From Spirochaetota bacterium (lineage in GTDB: Bacteria > Spirochaetota > UBA4802 > JAFGJZ01): DNA of 64,000 bases. Made by a program: the position numbers and the translations under genes. The stretch lies in the NCBI GenBank assembly GCA_016934935.1, contig JAFGRW010000054.1:106668-170667 (forward strand), in the 5' to 3' direction. Positions 39,546-50,331 of this stretch are shown piece by piece (positions within the stretch are counted from its first letter, which is position 1; each line of letters begins with the position of its first letter). Under the pieces are notes generated by a model. The model did no database searches and was not told where the DNA came from. It saw only the letters and a list, made by a program, of their open reading frames with translations.

Positions 39546-40724
39546 ATGAAGGACGCTACAATTATTTCTTATCCAGGATATCATGATGATTATCTGCTTT
39601 CACTCACAGGGTTGCGCTCAAGATATATGGTTCCTTTCGCGGGGCGTTACCGTGTAGTGGATTTTACATTGCGTAATGCTTTTTTTTGTAAGGCTAAAAA
39701 TCTTTTTATTTTCAGCCGGGTAAATGATGATCTTGCTTTCTATGTCGAATCTCATCCAATTGTCAAAACAGGCAAAACAACCGTTGTTAAAACCGTTATA
39801 TCCGAAAAAACCGAAATCAGAATGATTTATGATATGGTAAAAAGCACACAGACAGCATATTATATTCTTCATTGCGGTGACAACCCTGGTTTTATCAACT
39901 TTTACAAGCTGTTTGAGAAATACCAGACAAAAAAGGCAGCTACAATACTCTTTAAACTTAAATTGGGTGATAAGGCTTCTCTTGCTTATACGATATTGAT
40001 TACAACGCGTAAGTTTCTTCTTTCTGTTTTAAAAAAAGCTTTGAACAGTAACGAAACCTCACCAAATGTATTCGAAATGATTGTAAACATGCTAATTAAT
40101 AAAGGGGTTTTGAACTCGACTTTTAAAGCCACTTATTGGCCGATTAGATCTGTCCCTGATTATTATGATTATAACATGTTTCTTTTCAAGGATCAGGCAA
40201 GTTTTAACCGTATTTACGAAGACAATCTCTTGTTAAGCGGTATCGAACGTGACAATACAACTCAGATAGGCCCTTTTGCCAAGATAACCCGTTCTTATAT
40301 CTCTGATGGATGCATACTCAATGGAACAATTGATAACTCGATTATTTTTCCAGGAGTAATTGTTGCGGAGAGAGCTGTGGTTCGTGATTCTATTCTTTTG
40401 CCCTATGTCGGAATTGGGCAACAGAGTGTGATTCAGCGTTCTATAATTGATGAATTCACTGATTACAATCAGAGTGATATATTATTTAATATCTCGGAAA
40501 AGGTGCGTATAGGTTCTGACGAATTACAGTTGAAAAACAATGATTTTCCTCGTTCCATATATAATGCTATTACTCTTATTGGTAAAAATAGTATCATTCC
40601 TTCTGGAGTAAGGGTAGGCGCTGCGTGTTATATTGCGTCAGGAGTTTCTTCGTCTGTCTTTGATGAGAAAAAGACTCTTTATGACGGACTTTCAATTTTG
40701 AATAGACTGGTTAAGAAGGAATGA
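39546..40724 (+). CDS. Glucose-1-phosphate adenylyltransferase-like protein (GlgC/GlgD, divergent)
   Basis: LT..R...VPFAGRYRVVDFTLRN, YW..I.S...YY.N and a C-terminal hexapeptide beta-helix (ISDGCI.NG.IDNSIIFPGV). No GGxGxRL loop. Confidence 0.75.
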   Translation: MKDATIISYPGYHDDYLLSLTGLRSRYMVPFAGRYRVVDFTLRNAFFCKAKNLFIFSRVNDDLAFYVESHPIVKTGKTTVVKTVISEKTEIRMIYDMVKSTQTAYYILHCGDNPGFINFYKLFEKYQTKKAATILFKLKLGDKASLAYTILITTRKFLLSVLKKALNSNETSPNVFEMIVNMLINKGVLNSTFKATYWPIRSVPDYYDYNMFLFKDQASFNRIYEDNLLLSGIERDNTTQIGPFAKITRSYISDGCILNGTIDNSIIFPGVIVAERAVVRDSILLPYVGIGQQSVIQRSIIDEFTDYNQSDILFNISEKVRIGSDELQLKNNDFPRSIYNAITLIGKNSIIPSGVRVGAACYIASGVSSSVFDEKKTLYDGLSILNRLVKKE

Positions 40725-41851
40725 TAGGTGAAGTAAAAAAACCGCGACGTTACACTGCCTCTAGCTCCGAAGAAAAAATATCAAAGTATATCGAAGAAAA
40801 TAGAAGGCGGGACGGCTTCCATCTGAAAAGTATGGGCAAGATTTCCCCTGTTATGTTTGTATCGTATAGTAAAAAGAGGCTGGAGTTTTCTTCACCTAAA
40901 CAATTACACTCAAAAAAACTTAGACTTTACTGGAAAAATATCTACCATTGTGAACTTGATACGATTGCAATAGCTGAACCGCGACCATCAGGTGAACACT
41001 TTATCTATACTGTCAAGATTAGATATCTTTTAACTCCGGAGAGCCAACGCTTCGAGCTGCGCTATACCGTACCAGCTGATGTCTATAAGCTAGGCAGAAT
41101 TACTATTCCTCTAGTTGAAGAAACAGCAGTTTCGATACTTAATAGTGATGATTATCAGAATTGCAAAAAAGAGATGCTGCAGAAGCTCGAATACTATGAC
41201 TTTTTCAGAATTTTCCCTTTCCAGAGTGCTGGAGCACCAAGCGAAGTTGTTTTTTCCATGATTTCAAATACAATACTTTATCTTAAAGATATTTCTCAAT
41301 ATAATAATTTTATTGAAAAAAACTCAGCATTCTTTGATGTTCATAAATCTTTGCGTAGTCATCTGCTTAACAGACTAAAAACTCTTAATCTACGCTACCA
41401 CTCTCTTTTGGTTAGACCATTTGATTACGTGACAATAGCAGGTTCGCAATTTACCCTGGCTTATTTTGTTGTTGCCCGCAGCAGTGAAGAGATAACTAAT
41501 GATGACATCTTATATCTTGATCGTATCGCGCATGATTTTTATCAATCACTTCAGGGTTCATTGTATAAAGTGAAAAACTGTCAAGGAAGAATATTGAATT
41601 TATCTGTCACAGGTGCCAGAATTTTTTTCAAACATGAAATGGTAAACTGTATAAGTGTTTCAAGCGAGATGAGTGTCGTTTTCAGTATTGTTGGAGTAGC
41701 CGATATTTCAATTGCTGGAGAAGTTGTTTATATCGAACAAAAGAAAAACGGAGTAATTATTGGTTTTGTTTTCCGTAAATCACCTTTTGGAAGCCGGTTG
41801 GGGAAGTTCCTGCATGAAACATTTCAAAATCATGGACTCTCAATCTGTTAA
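40721..41851 (+). CDS. PilZ-domain-containing protein (DUF1577-like architecture)
   Basis: QRFELR (RxxxR) in the N-terminal third and ILNLSVTG (NxSxxG) near the C-terminus. Confidence 0.6.
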   Translation: MIGEVKKPRRYTASSSEEKISKYIEENRRRDGFHLKSMGKISPVMFVSYSKKRLEFSSPKQLHSKKLRLYWKNIYHCELDTIAIAEPRPSGEHFIYTVKIRYLLTPESQRFELRYTVPADVYKLGRITIPLVEETAVSILNSDDYQNCKKEMLQKLEYYDFFRIFPFQSAGAPSEVVFSMISNTILYLKDISQYNNFIEKNSAFFDVHKSLRSHLLNRLKTLNLRYHSLLVRPFDYVTIAGSQFTLAYFVVARSSEEITNDDILYLDRIAHDFYQSLQGSLYKVKNCQGRILNLSVTGARIFFKHEMVNCISVSSEMSVVFSIVGVADISIAGEVVYIEQKKNGVIIGFVFRKSPFGSRLGKFLHETFQNHGLSIC

Positions 41852-41874
41852 TAGCCGTTTTTTTGGAGATAACA

Positions 41875-43503
41875 ATGGGTTTTCTGTCAAAAATAACAAG
41901 AATTATGCTGTTTGTCTTGTTTTCTTCGGTAGCTTTGGCTGATGAGATCGCCGTGATGCCTTATCTTGTAGAAACTACCGAAGTTTCTGCAGGAAATAGT
42001 CTGGATGTTGAATACGCCGGATTACTCGGGATTGCCGCGGCAGTTGAATACGGGCTGGACTTTTACAGTATGGATAACCTGAAAAAGGATCTTAAAAATA
42101 TCGGAATCGATTATCACAGTATTTTAACTGCCGATGACCTTAGACTGCTTGCCAGGAGAAGGATGCTCAAATATATTGCAACAGGTACAATTTATAAGAC
42201 ATCCAGCGGTTACACTGTAAAAACTGTTCTTTATGATAGTAAAACTGACCAGATCGTAGCCAGGAGTTCGGTATCCGGTCGAACCCTTTTTGACACAGTA
42301 AAAAAAGATTTACATGATATTTTCAGATATATGCCGACTGCCAAAACGGATTCAAAAACCGTAATCGCTGAATCAGTGCTATTACTTGATTGTTCTTATA
42401 ATATGATTAACGAAAAAGTTGCTTTGGTCGATTCACTGAAAAAACATTATGAAACAATTTTTCGGCAATATCCCGGTAGCAAAGTATACTGCCTCGCTTT
42501 TAATTCTCAAATGAAATCAGAAACCAGGAGCTTTTTTACATCAGGGGCTTTAAATAGTTATCTGGATAATATCAAGTTTAATGCATCTAATAATGACAAA
42601 TCAATTCGTTCGGCGCTGGATAGTGCTGTGTCAAACATAAAATTTCAGAACGGTTCCTTGCGCTATATCGTATTTCCCTTCAACTCTAACATGAAAAATA
42701 TTTCATACTTTACACGATTCGCAAATCAGGTTGCCGCCAGAAGGGCTGCTGTTTATCCAGTGGTGGGGGCGAAGGTTGATATCTCAAACAATGCTGCCTT
42801 AACATCCCTTGCCGAGAGAACAGGAGGAAAATTTTATCCTCTTTTGTACCATCAGGTTTTTTTTGACCGTAAAGCAGAGAGTTTTCATCTCTTTATGAGA
42901 TCCGGACGTCTTTATTTCTCGGAACTTCCATATCCGCAGTGGAATTCAGAGTTTAAAAGCGGCGAAGTAAAACAGCAGTTTGATGTCCCTACCTGGTTAA
43001 ACCCATACAATCTGGAAAAATATTATAGAGATGGCCTTAAAAGGGTTATCGTCAAGAGTAATCCGCTTGAAGTAAATTCAAGATTTGTATTTGCGGATAT
43101 TATTGACAGGTTTAATAAAAAGAATAGTAGGTCTGGTTACAGTGCAACAATAGCCAGAGTAATGCTCAGTTCTGTCAATGGGTCGGTATGGGTTGATGTC
43201 AAGGATCATGATTCTTTAGAATATTTTTCTCGGTTAAAAAAATCGGGTGTTTATAGTTTGATTGGAGTCCGGCTTCAGGTTGATAGTGACTCTGTATATG
43301 GATACAGTATAAATCCAAAGGCTTTTGTTTTTTCTGTTCCCCAGAATTCTGTGCCGGAGTCGCTTAAGGTTGATTTGAACGATTTGCTTGGCAGTCCTTC
43401 TTCATATACAGAAAAAGGGCTTCTTGAACCACCTGTCTGGTTTATAAATGTCAAGGTTCAAATGATCGATTTAAAAACCGATGTTAAAGACATAAGATCT
43501 TAA
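41875..43503 (+). CDS. Exported protein with TolB-N/CsgG-like and vWA domains
   Basis: Signal peptide; IAVMPY...YIATGTI; LLLDCSYNM vWA-like start; LAERTGGKF. Confidence 0.6.
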   Translation: MGFLSKITRIMLFVLFSSVALADEIAVMPYLVETTEVSAGNSLDVEYAGLLGIAAAVEYGLDFYSMDNLKKDLKNIGIDYHSILTADDLRLLARRRMLKYIATGTIYKTSSGYTVKTVLYDSKTDQIVARSSVSGRTLFDTVKKDLHDIFRYMPTAKTDSKTVIAESVLLLDCSYNMINEKVALVDSLKKHYETIFRQYPGSKVYCLAFNSQMKSETRSFFTSGALNSYLDNIKFNASNNDKSIRSALDSAVSNIKFQNGSLRYIVFPFNSNMKNISYFTRFANQVAARRAAVYPVVGAKVDISNNAALTSLAERTGGKFYPLLYHQVFFDRKAESFHLFMRSGRLYFSELPYPQWNSEFKSGEVKQQFDVPTWLNPYNLEKYYRDGLKRVIVKSNPLEVNSRFVFADIIDRFNKKNSRSGYSATIARVMLSSVNGSVWVDVKDHDSLEYFSRLKKSGVYSLIGVRLQVDSDSVYGYSINPKAFVFSVPQNSVPESLKVDLNDLLGSPSSYTEKGLLEPPVWFINVKVQMIDLKTDVKDIRS

Positions 43504-43743
43504 ACAATATAGAGGTTCTTGATAAAGATTTTTTAATTAATGTCGACAAAAACATGTTTATGTGATATGATCATATTTAATTGCATATTTTTTTATCATA
43601 ATTAGTTATAATTATCAAATGTGATTAATTATATTTAATGTTATAAATTGATAAAATAGCCTTGGTTCAGACGACAGATGAAATAAAATGATAATTTGAA
43701 ATCTTTAATAAACGAGATTTATACTGCATTTTTTGGGAGCGTT

Positions 43744-44976
43744 ATGAGGATTATTGCTGGTTTTATAGTATTATTGATATTCATACCTGTTTTTGCTCAA
43801 AGCAGGCAATCTGTTGTGATTACAGATTTTTATAATACATCACGTATTAAAACTTCGGATCACTATTCCACAATTGTGCCTGATAATATCAGAACCGAAT
43901 TAGATCGAACCGGTTATTATTCTGTTAAACGTACAGTCATGAGGAATATTGAGTTAGATGAAGATGGTATTAAAAAAGCTGCTGTTGAATCAAATGCCGA
44001 TTACTTTATTACCGGTGAATACACCTCAAGAGGTGGAGAAATTGGTGTCAGTGCGCATGTGTACGTAAAAAATATCGATAAAGTAGTTACAATAGTGATG
44101 GAGCCTAAACGGGTTGGTGTTTTTCTTAATGAAATAATAGATAACATTTCCTTAAAAATTGGTTTCGAGTTGCAGAAGTATCGTGACAGGTCTGGAGAGA
44201 TGCCGGTTATTGAACCAGCATCTTCTGATTTTAGCTATTATGCCGAAATTAATATCAGTTCGCCTTTCCCCGACATGCCGGTTTATTATACCCTTGACGG
44301 AACTCTTCCCGGGCCGGGAAACGGGTTTCGCTATAGTAATCCTTTTACTGTTTATAATGAAACTGTTGTGAAGGCTGTCTCGATTGATAAAGAGGGAGTT
44401 CCGTCGGATGTTGCGGTTAAGAATTTCCGCCCGCTTTTTGTTCCTTCTGTTTTTGATTTTAAGATTCTTTATGGAGTTATGCAGTTTATTAGTTCTGGTG
44501 ATGATGTTGAATCGCCAATTGACACAACAATTATTTCAGTTGTTCCGGTTTTTTACCTTGGAGGGTTTGACAAATTTAAGAAGACAGCTGTTGTACGCAA
44601 TTTGGGTTTTGGTGGATGGTTTGATTTTGCAAATGCTGACCTTGATGGTGGTTTTCAGTACAAGATACAGGGATACAGCGGTGGTGTTTTTCTCAGGTTT
44701 AATCCCTTTAATAACTTGTCTTTAGAGATCCCTTTTACTGTAGGCAAGATGCGGACTTCATTGGTTGAAGAGATGTCAGTTTATGAAAATATTTTTTCAG
44801 AGCCGGGTGATACACTGGCAAGTGATCTTGAGACATATTGTAATAGTGGCATAGTTGTTGCGTATCGAGTAAGTAATTTTCAATTTATTGCATCAGCTAC
44901 AATGAAATATCTTCTTTCCGACGACGACCCAACAAAAATTCTTGTGTATCAGGCAGGTGCTGGTGTCTGCTACTGA
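43744..44976 (+). CDS. Exported protein with CsgG/TolB-N-like domain, FN3-associated domain and C-terminal beta-barrel
   Basis: Signal peptide; ADYFITGEY; VYYTLDGTLP...Y..PF.V..VKA; terminal AGAGVCY. GGGAG RBS. Confidence 0.6.
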   Translation: MRIIAGFIVLLIFIPVFAQSRQSVVITDFYNTSRIKTSDHYSTIVPDNIRTELDRTGYYSVKRTVMRNIELDEDGIKKAAVESNADYFITGEYTSRGGEIGVSAHVYVKNIDKVVTIVMEPKRVGVFLNEIIDNISLKIGFELQKYRDRSGEMPVIEPASSDFSYYAEINISSPFPDMPVYYTLDGTLPGPGNGFRYSNPFTVYNETVVKAVSIDKEGVPSDVAVKNFRPLFVPSVFDFKILYGVMQFISSGDDVESPIDTTIISVVPVFYLGGFDKFKKTAVVRNLGFGGWFDFANADLDGGFQYKIQGYSGGVFLRFNPFNNLSLEIPFTVGKMRTSLVEEMSVYENIFSEPGDTLASDLETYCNSGIVVAYRVSNFQFIASATMKYLLSDDDPTKILVYQAGAGVCY

Positions 44977-45706
44977 TTTATTATTGTTTGATTGTGGAAA
45001 TAGTACAATTAATTCCGCAATAAGCCGTAATGGTGATTTTCCGGATAATTACTTTACTTTTAATCATAAAAATAGCGATATTAAAGATCAACTTGTCTCA
45101 TATATCCGCAAAAATGGAATTTTTAGAGCTGTTTTTGTGTCTGTTGTTCCCATGTTAACACAAACCCTGCTATCTGTATTTGAAAAAGAAAAAGTAGCTT
45201 ATATCGAATTTTGTGCGGATCAATGCGGGGTTTCTTCCTTATATGCTAATCCAGGTAGTGACCGAATACTCTTCGCCTATTCAATAAAAACCTTTTACCC
45301 GGGGCGAGCTATGTGTCTAATTGATGCTGGAACGGCTTTAACGGTTGACGGTCTTGACAGAAGTGGAAGATTTTTAGGTGGTTATATTATGCCGGGAGTA
45401 AAAACAGCTTTCACATCTATTGCAAGAGGTGCCGCACTTCTTTCGGGGTATGAACTATCAATCTCGCATTCTGTTGGAATAGATACCGAATCAAGTTTTT
45501 GTTCCGGTTTATCTGTTTTATATTCCGGAGGTCTAAAGGCGGCAATGGAAAAAATATCGGCATTGTCCGGAGGCAAGGTGGATGTTGTTTTGACGGGTGG
45601 GGATGGACCTTTGGTTAAAGAGCTTTTATCTGATTGTTTGCTTGTTTATGATCCACTTATTCTTCTAAAGGGACTTGTTGTTTATTATTATAATTGTTCG
45701 CATTGA
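44963..45706 (+). CDS. coaX: Type III pantothenate kinase
   Basis: DCGNS, SVVP, GSDR, IDAGTALTVD, GGYIMPG and LTGGDG motifs. Confidence 0.9.
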   Translation: MSATDLLLFDCGNSTINSAISRNGDFPDNYFTFNHKNSDIKDQLVSYIRKNGIFRAVFVSVVPMLTQTLLSVFEKEKVAYIEFCADQCGVSSLYANPGSDRILFAYSIKTFYPGRAMCLIDAGTALTVDGLDRSGRFLGGYIMPGVKTAFTSIARGAALLSGYELSISHSVGIDTESSFCSGLSVLYSGGLKAAMEKISALSGGKVDVVLTGGDGPLVKELLSDCLLVYDPLILLKGLVVYYYNCSH

Positions 45707-45780
45707 TCTTTTGAAAGGGTATTAACCAAAAAAAGACTTGCAATATAGCCGGCCTATACAATAGTAGTATTGTAATGATT

Positions 45781-45807
45781 AAAAGAGTGGGTTTCCGCTC
45801 TTTTTTT
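45781..45807 (+). terminator. rimP-leader terminator/attenuator hairpin
   Basis: AAGAGTGG-GTTT-CCGCTCTT followed by a T run, upstream of rimP. Resembles the GAGTGGG...CTCTTTT hairpin common in rimP leaders. Confidence 0.65.
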
Positions 45808-45864
45808 ATTTGGGAGACTGCGTTTCTGTTGGTCGCGTTGCTGCCCTTTTGCCAGGTTTAAGAT

Positions 45865-46311
45865 TTGAATCAAGTAAAAAAAGACCTCTTCATGTCACTT
45901 GCCGAACAGACCGCACTCCGCAGTGGAATTGAGATTTATGATATTGTTGTGCAGTTTCGCAAGGGAGTAGTCAGAGTCGATATCCGTATCGATAATGGTG
46001 CGACTGTTTCTCATAATGACTGCTCTCTTTTTTGTACCAACTATATAGAAGTTTTAAAAGAGCATGGTCTTGAAAATGAGGCCGCCGTAGAGGTCTCCTC
46101 TCCCGGTTTAAAACGTAAAATACGCAACCATAAAGAGTGGCTTCGATTTGAAGGCGCACCTGTGAAAGTTACTTATTCTGACGGGAAAGGGTCGGTAACA
46201 GTAAAAGGGGTTGCAAAAGAGGTCCTTAAAGATTCGGTGGTTGTTGTAGAAAATAAAAAAAAGCATGTTGTAGGTTATGATACTATCCGGCATGCCAATC
46301 TTGATTACTGA
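45865..46311 (+). CDS. rimP: Ribosome maturation factor RimP
   Basis: EVSSPGL.R motif; first gene of the nusA-infB operon. Confidence 0.88.
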   Translation: MNQVKKDLFMSLAEQTALRSGIEIYDIVVQFRKGVVRVDIRIDNGATVSHNDCSLFCTNYIEVLKEHGLENEAAVEVSSPGLKRKIRNHKEWLRFEGAPVKVTYSDGKGSVTVKGVAKEVLKDSVVVVENKKKHVVGYDTIRHANLDY

Positions 46312-46325
46312 AGGTCATAGAAAAG

Positions 46326-47645
46326 ATGAATGTAAACTTTTTTGAGGCGTTGCATCAAATTGCAACCGAAAAAGGGATTTCCGGAGACGAATTGGAGCAG
46401 ATTGTTGAAGCATCAATGGTTTCTGCCTATAAAAAACAGTTCGGTACAACCGATAATATGCGTGTTGTCTTTGATCGCGATAAAAAAACCATAGCGATAG
46501 CCTCCTTGAAGCTTGTTGTTCGCAAACCTCAAAATCCAGGTGAGGAGGTTGGTCTTGATGTGGCACGAGAGGTTAAACCGGATATTCAGATCGGTGATAG
46601 CATTGAGATGAATGATGATCCTTTCAAACTTTTTGGTCGAATTGCTACACAGACCGCCAAACAGGTGATCATACAGAGAATAAAGGAAGCTGAGAAAAAT
46701 ATTATATTTGTTGAGTTTAAGGCGAAAGAAAAGCAGCTGATTAATGGTTTTATGCAAAGGCGTTCCAACAATACTATCTTTGTTGATATTGGACATGGTG
46801 GTGTAGAAGGTATATTGCCGCGAAGGGAGCAATCTCCACTTGAGTTTTATAAGGAAGGAGATCGAATTAAAGCGCTTGTTTTAAATGTCGAAAATAAGAC
46901 TAAAGGTCCGAATATTATTCTCTCTCGTGTTGCCCCGGATTTTATAAAAGAGCTGTTTAAAATGGAAATTCCGGAAGTATATGATGGAATTGTTGAAATA
47001 AAGAGAGTTGTTCGTGATCCGGGAATGCGTACCAAGGTAGCTGTAACCAGCTATGAGCGTGACATTGATGCTGTTGGTGCCTGCGTGGGAATGAAAGGAA
47101 GTCGTATTCAGGCAATCGTTCGCGAACTTGAAGGCGAAAAAATTGACATAATTGAGTATTCTACAGAAAAAAGGGTTTTAGCTGAAAATGCTTTGACTCC
47201 AGCTCGCATCAATGAAATTTATGAAACTCGAGATGGTGGTTTAATAGCTGTTGTTACTTCTGATCAGTATAATCTTGCTGTAGGTCGTGCGGGTCATAAT
47301 GTGCGGTTGGCATCACAGCTCTGCGGCGTAGAGGTTCGTGTTAAAACTGAGGAGCAGTATAGAGAACTAGTCGAGTCTGATGATTCTATGCTTATGTCGA
47401 ATCAGCTTTTCTCAGAACCGGTTGAAGACGAAACTTCTCTTACTGAACTCGATCTCGACTCTCGTACGATTGAGCTTCTCGAAAAAGGTGGTATTTTTTC
47501 TGTTGAAGAGCTTGTTGAAAGCACAATTGATGATATAAAAAATATTGATGGTATAGGCGAAAAAACCGCACGTCGAATTTTTGAGATTTTGGCAGAAGTT
47601 GTTGATTTTGAAGATGAAGAAGATGAAGAAGATGAAGAAGAATAG
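46326..47645 (+). CDS. nusA: Transcription termination/antitermination factor NusA
   Basis: FGRIATQTAKQVI, S1 and KH domains (GACVGMKGSRI), C-terminal HhH and acidic tail. Confidence 0.95.
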   Translation: MNVNFFEALHQIATEKGISGDELEQIVEASMVSAYKKQFGTTDNMRVVFDRDKKTIAIASLKLVVRKPQNPGEEVGLDVAREVKPDIQIGDSIEMNDDPFKLFGRIATQTAKQVIIQRIKEAEKNIIFVEFKAKEKQLINGFMQRRSNNTIFVDIGHGGVEGILPRREQSPLEFYKEGDRIKALVLNVENKTKGPNIILSRVAPDFIKELFKMEIPEVYDGIVEIKRVVRDPGMRTKVAVTSYERDIDAVGACVGMKGSRIQAIVRELEGEKIDIIEYSTEKRVLAENALTPARINEIYETRDGGLIAVVTSDQYNLAVGRAGHNVRLASQLCGVEVRVKTEEQYRELVESDDSMLMSNQLFSEPVEDETSLTELDLDSRTIELLEKGGIFSVEELVESTIDDIKNIDGIGEKTARRIFEILAEVVDFEDEEDEEDEEE

Positions 47646-47742
47646 AAGTTGGCTAAACAGAATAAAAAAGTAATTGTACTTAACCGGTTGTTTTAGACGG
47701 TTGTATAAAATATGAGTTTTAAAAGTACCCATAAGGAATTAA

Positions 47743-50331
47743 ATGAAAGCAGAAGAAATTGCAAAGAAGAATTTGGTAAAAACTGAAGATGTGTTCAGCA
47801 TCTGTAAAGACTTAGGTATCGAATGTAAAGATGCCGAGAGTAGTCTCTCGGATAGTGATACTTTTCTGATCGAAAAGAAAATTGAGACTATTATAGCCGA
47901 AAAGAAAGCTAAAACTCAAAAGAAAGCGTCTAGCGGTGTTAAAAAAAAGATTAAATTAAAAAGAAAAGTTTCGGCAGATGCGGAATCTCATGTAATTTCT
48001 GAAATAAAAAAACATTCCGATGAAATTGCTCCAGAAAAAACAGGAGCTGATAAAACTTCTCAACCAAAGAGCGCTGTAAAAAAATCTTCAGAGCGGCCTG
48101 CTGATAAGCCAAGTGCGTCTCGTCCAGTTCAGGGGCGAACTGCAGCTTCTTCTTCACCAAGGAGTAATACAGCACGTCCACAAGGTTTTGATTCACGACG
48201 TCCTGCTTCGGGAAGCCGTCCGACACAGGGCACCCGTCCTGCACAAGGTGCACGTCCTGGGCAAACTGCGCGTCCGACACAGGGTGCACGTCCGGCTCAG
48301 GGAGCGCGTCCCGGACAATCTTCAACCGGACAGCGTCGCCCGACAGGTGCGGGAGCTACGCCTTTTACTAAATCCACACAAGAGGTTCCTGTAGCATCAG
48401 AAGTTGGCGATAAGTCCGGCAAGTCAAAAAGACGTAATCGTGAACGCGATAAAGAACGAGAAAATCTTAAGAATAAACGCAGCGAAAAACTTGATCGCGA
48501 ACAGCGGGTATATAATAGCCACATTACAAAAAAACGAAAACCTGTTGTGAAACAGGTGCGTGAAGCAGTTACTCCGGACAATATTGAAATAACTGAAAAT
48601 ATCTCTGTTGGCGACCTGGCCAAAAAGCTTAATGTTAAAGCAAACGAAGTAATTGGGAAACTGATGAAATTAGGCGTTCTTGCCACTATTAACCAGATCC
48701 TTGACTCCGAAACTGCCGAAATTTTAGCTGAGGAGTACGGAACTTCTGTCAAAGTAGTATCATTATACGATGAAACCGTAATAAAAGAAGATGAAATACA
48801 AAAGGATATAGATGTTATTCAACGACCGCCTATTGTTACTGTTATGGGACATGTCGATCATGGTAAAACCAAGCTTCTTGATACAATAAGAAAATCAAAC
48901 GTTACAGCTGGTGAGCATGGAGGCATAACACAGCATATTGGAGCCTATAAAGTAAAAGTACATGATCAGTGGGTAACATTTCTTGATACACCGGGCCATG
49001 CCGCTTTCACAACCATGCGAGCAAGAGGAGCGCGTGTAACCGATATCGTAATATTAATAGTAGCCGCTAATGATGGCGTTATGCCTCAAACAGTAGAGGC
49101 CATAAATCACGCAAAAGAGGCAAATGTTCCTATAATTGTTGCGATTAACAAGATTGACCTCCCAGAAGCTAATCCTGCTAAGGTCAGGCAGGAGCTTGCA
49201 GGGTATGATCTCGTGCCCGAGGAGTGGGGTGGAACAACTCTCTATTGCGAAATAAGTGCTAAAAATGACATAAATGTAAACGCATTGCTTGAGCAGGTTC
49301 TTATGCAGGCCGAAATTCTTGAACTTAAGGCTAATCCGAGATTGAGGGCAAAGGGTTCTGTAATTGAAGCTAAGCTTGATCCGGGTCGTGGTGCTGTTGC
49401 TACTCTTCTTGTAGAGACTGGTACATTGCATGTCGGAGACTCATTCGTTGTTGGTATATATGCCGGTAAAATAAGAGCCATGTTTGATGATCAGGGGAAC
49501 TCCGTTACTGAAGCGGGACCTGCGATGCCTGTTGAGATATTGGGACTTGATGGCATACCATCAGCAGGTGATCCGTTCCAGGTTGTAGCTTCTGAAAAGT
49601 ATGCCAAACAGATTGCGGGCAAGAGACAGGAGTTGCGACGTGTTGAATCTGCAAAACAGGTTAAAAAGGTATCTCTTGAAGATCTTAACGATATGATTAA
49701 GGAAGGAGAGGTACAGGATGTACGTCTCATAATTAAAGCAGATGTTGACGGTTCCGTTCAGGCTCTTAAAGATGCGCTTGAAAAACTGTCTACTGATGAA
49801 GTACGTGTTAAGGTGATACATGCTGCAGCAGGTGGAATTAACGAGTCAGATGTTATGCTGGCTTCTGCCTCCAATGCCATTGTTATAGGATATCATGTCA
49901 GACCTACTCCAAAAGTTTCCGATCTCGCGGATCAGGAAAAAGTTTCGATAAAGACCTACAATATTATTTTTGAAGTTACTCAAGACATCAAAAGTGCTAT
50001 GGAAGGCATGCTTAAACCGGATATCGAAGAAGAATCTACTGGTATGGCCGAAGTCATGCAGGTTTTCAAGATTTCAAAATTGGGAACAATAGCTGGATGT
50101 ACAGTGATTAAGGGTAAGGTTCATAGAACGAACAAAGTTCGCCTTTTGCGTGACGGTGTTGTTCTTTTTGATGGAGATTTGAAATCGCTTAAACGCTTTA
50201 AGGATGATGCAAATGAAGTTGAAATGGGACAGGAATGCGGTATAGGGCTGAATAAATTTAATGATATAAAAGTCGGTGATATTTTTGAATCTTACAGGCT
50301 TGTAGAAATAGCTAAAAAGTTGGGTGATTAA
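47743..50331 (+). CDS. infB: Translation initiation factor IF-2
   Basis: [27 protein letters not shown] and NKID motifs. Confidence 0.97.
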   Translation: MKAEEIAKKNLVKTEDVFSICKDLGIECKDAESSLSDSDTFLIEKKIETIIAEKKAKTQKKASSGVKKKIKLKRKVSADAESHVISEIKKHSDEIAPEKTGADKTSQPKSAVKKSSERPADKPSASRPVQGRTAASSSPRSNTARPQGFDSRRPASGSRPTQGTRPAQGARPGQTARPTQGARPAQGARPGQSSTGQRRPTGAGATPFTKSTQEVPVASEVGDKSGKSKRRNRERDKERENLKNKRSEKLDREQRVYNSHITKKRKPVVKQVREAVTPDNIEITENISVGDLAKKLNVKANEVIGKLMKLGVLATINQILDSETAEILAEEYGTSVKVVSLYDETVIKEDEIQKDIDVIQRPPIVTVMGHVDHGKTKLLDTIRKSNVTAGEHGGITQHIGAYKVKVHDQWVTFLDTPGHAAFTTMRARGARVTDIVILIVAANDGVMPQTVEAINHAKEANVPIIVAINKIDLPEANPAKVRQELAGYDLVPEEWGGTTLYCEISAKNDINVNALLEQVLMQAEILELKANPRLRAKGSVIEAKLDPGRGAVATLLVETGTLHVGDSFVVGIYAGKIRAMFDDQGNSVTEAGPAMPVEILGLDGIPSAGDPFQVVASEKYAKQIAGKRQELRRVESAKQVKKVSLEDLNDMIKEGEVQDVRLIIKADVDGSVQALKDALEKLSTDEVRVKVIHAAAGGINESDVMLASASNAIVIGYHVRPTPKVSDLADQEKVSIKTYNIIFEVTQDIKSAMEGMLKPDIEEESTGMAEVMQVFKISKLGTIAGCTVIKGKVHRTNKVRLLRDGVVLFDGDLKSLKRFKDDANEVEMGQECGIGLNKFNDIKVGDIFESYRLVEIAKKLGD
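48217..48320 (+). repeat. 18-bp (RPxQGx hexapeptide) tandem repeat in the IF-2 N-terminus
   Basis: [34 protein letters not shown]. Confidence 0.8.

Noticed and set aside
48217-48320. IF-2 hexapeptide repeats as a novelty
   Set aside because: Low-complexity R/P/Q/G repeats are common in IF-2 N-terminal linkers.
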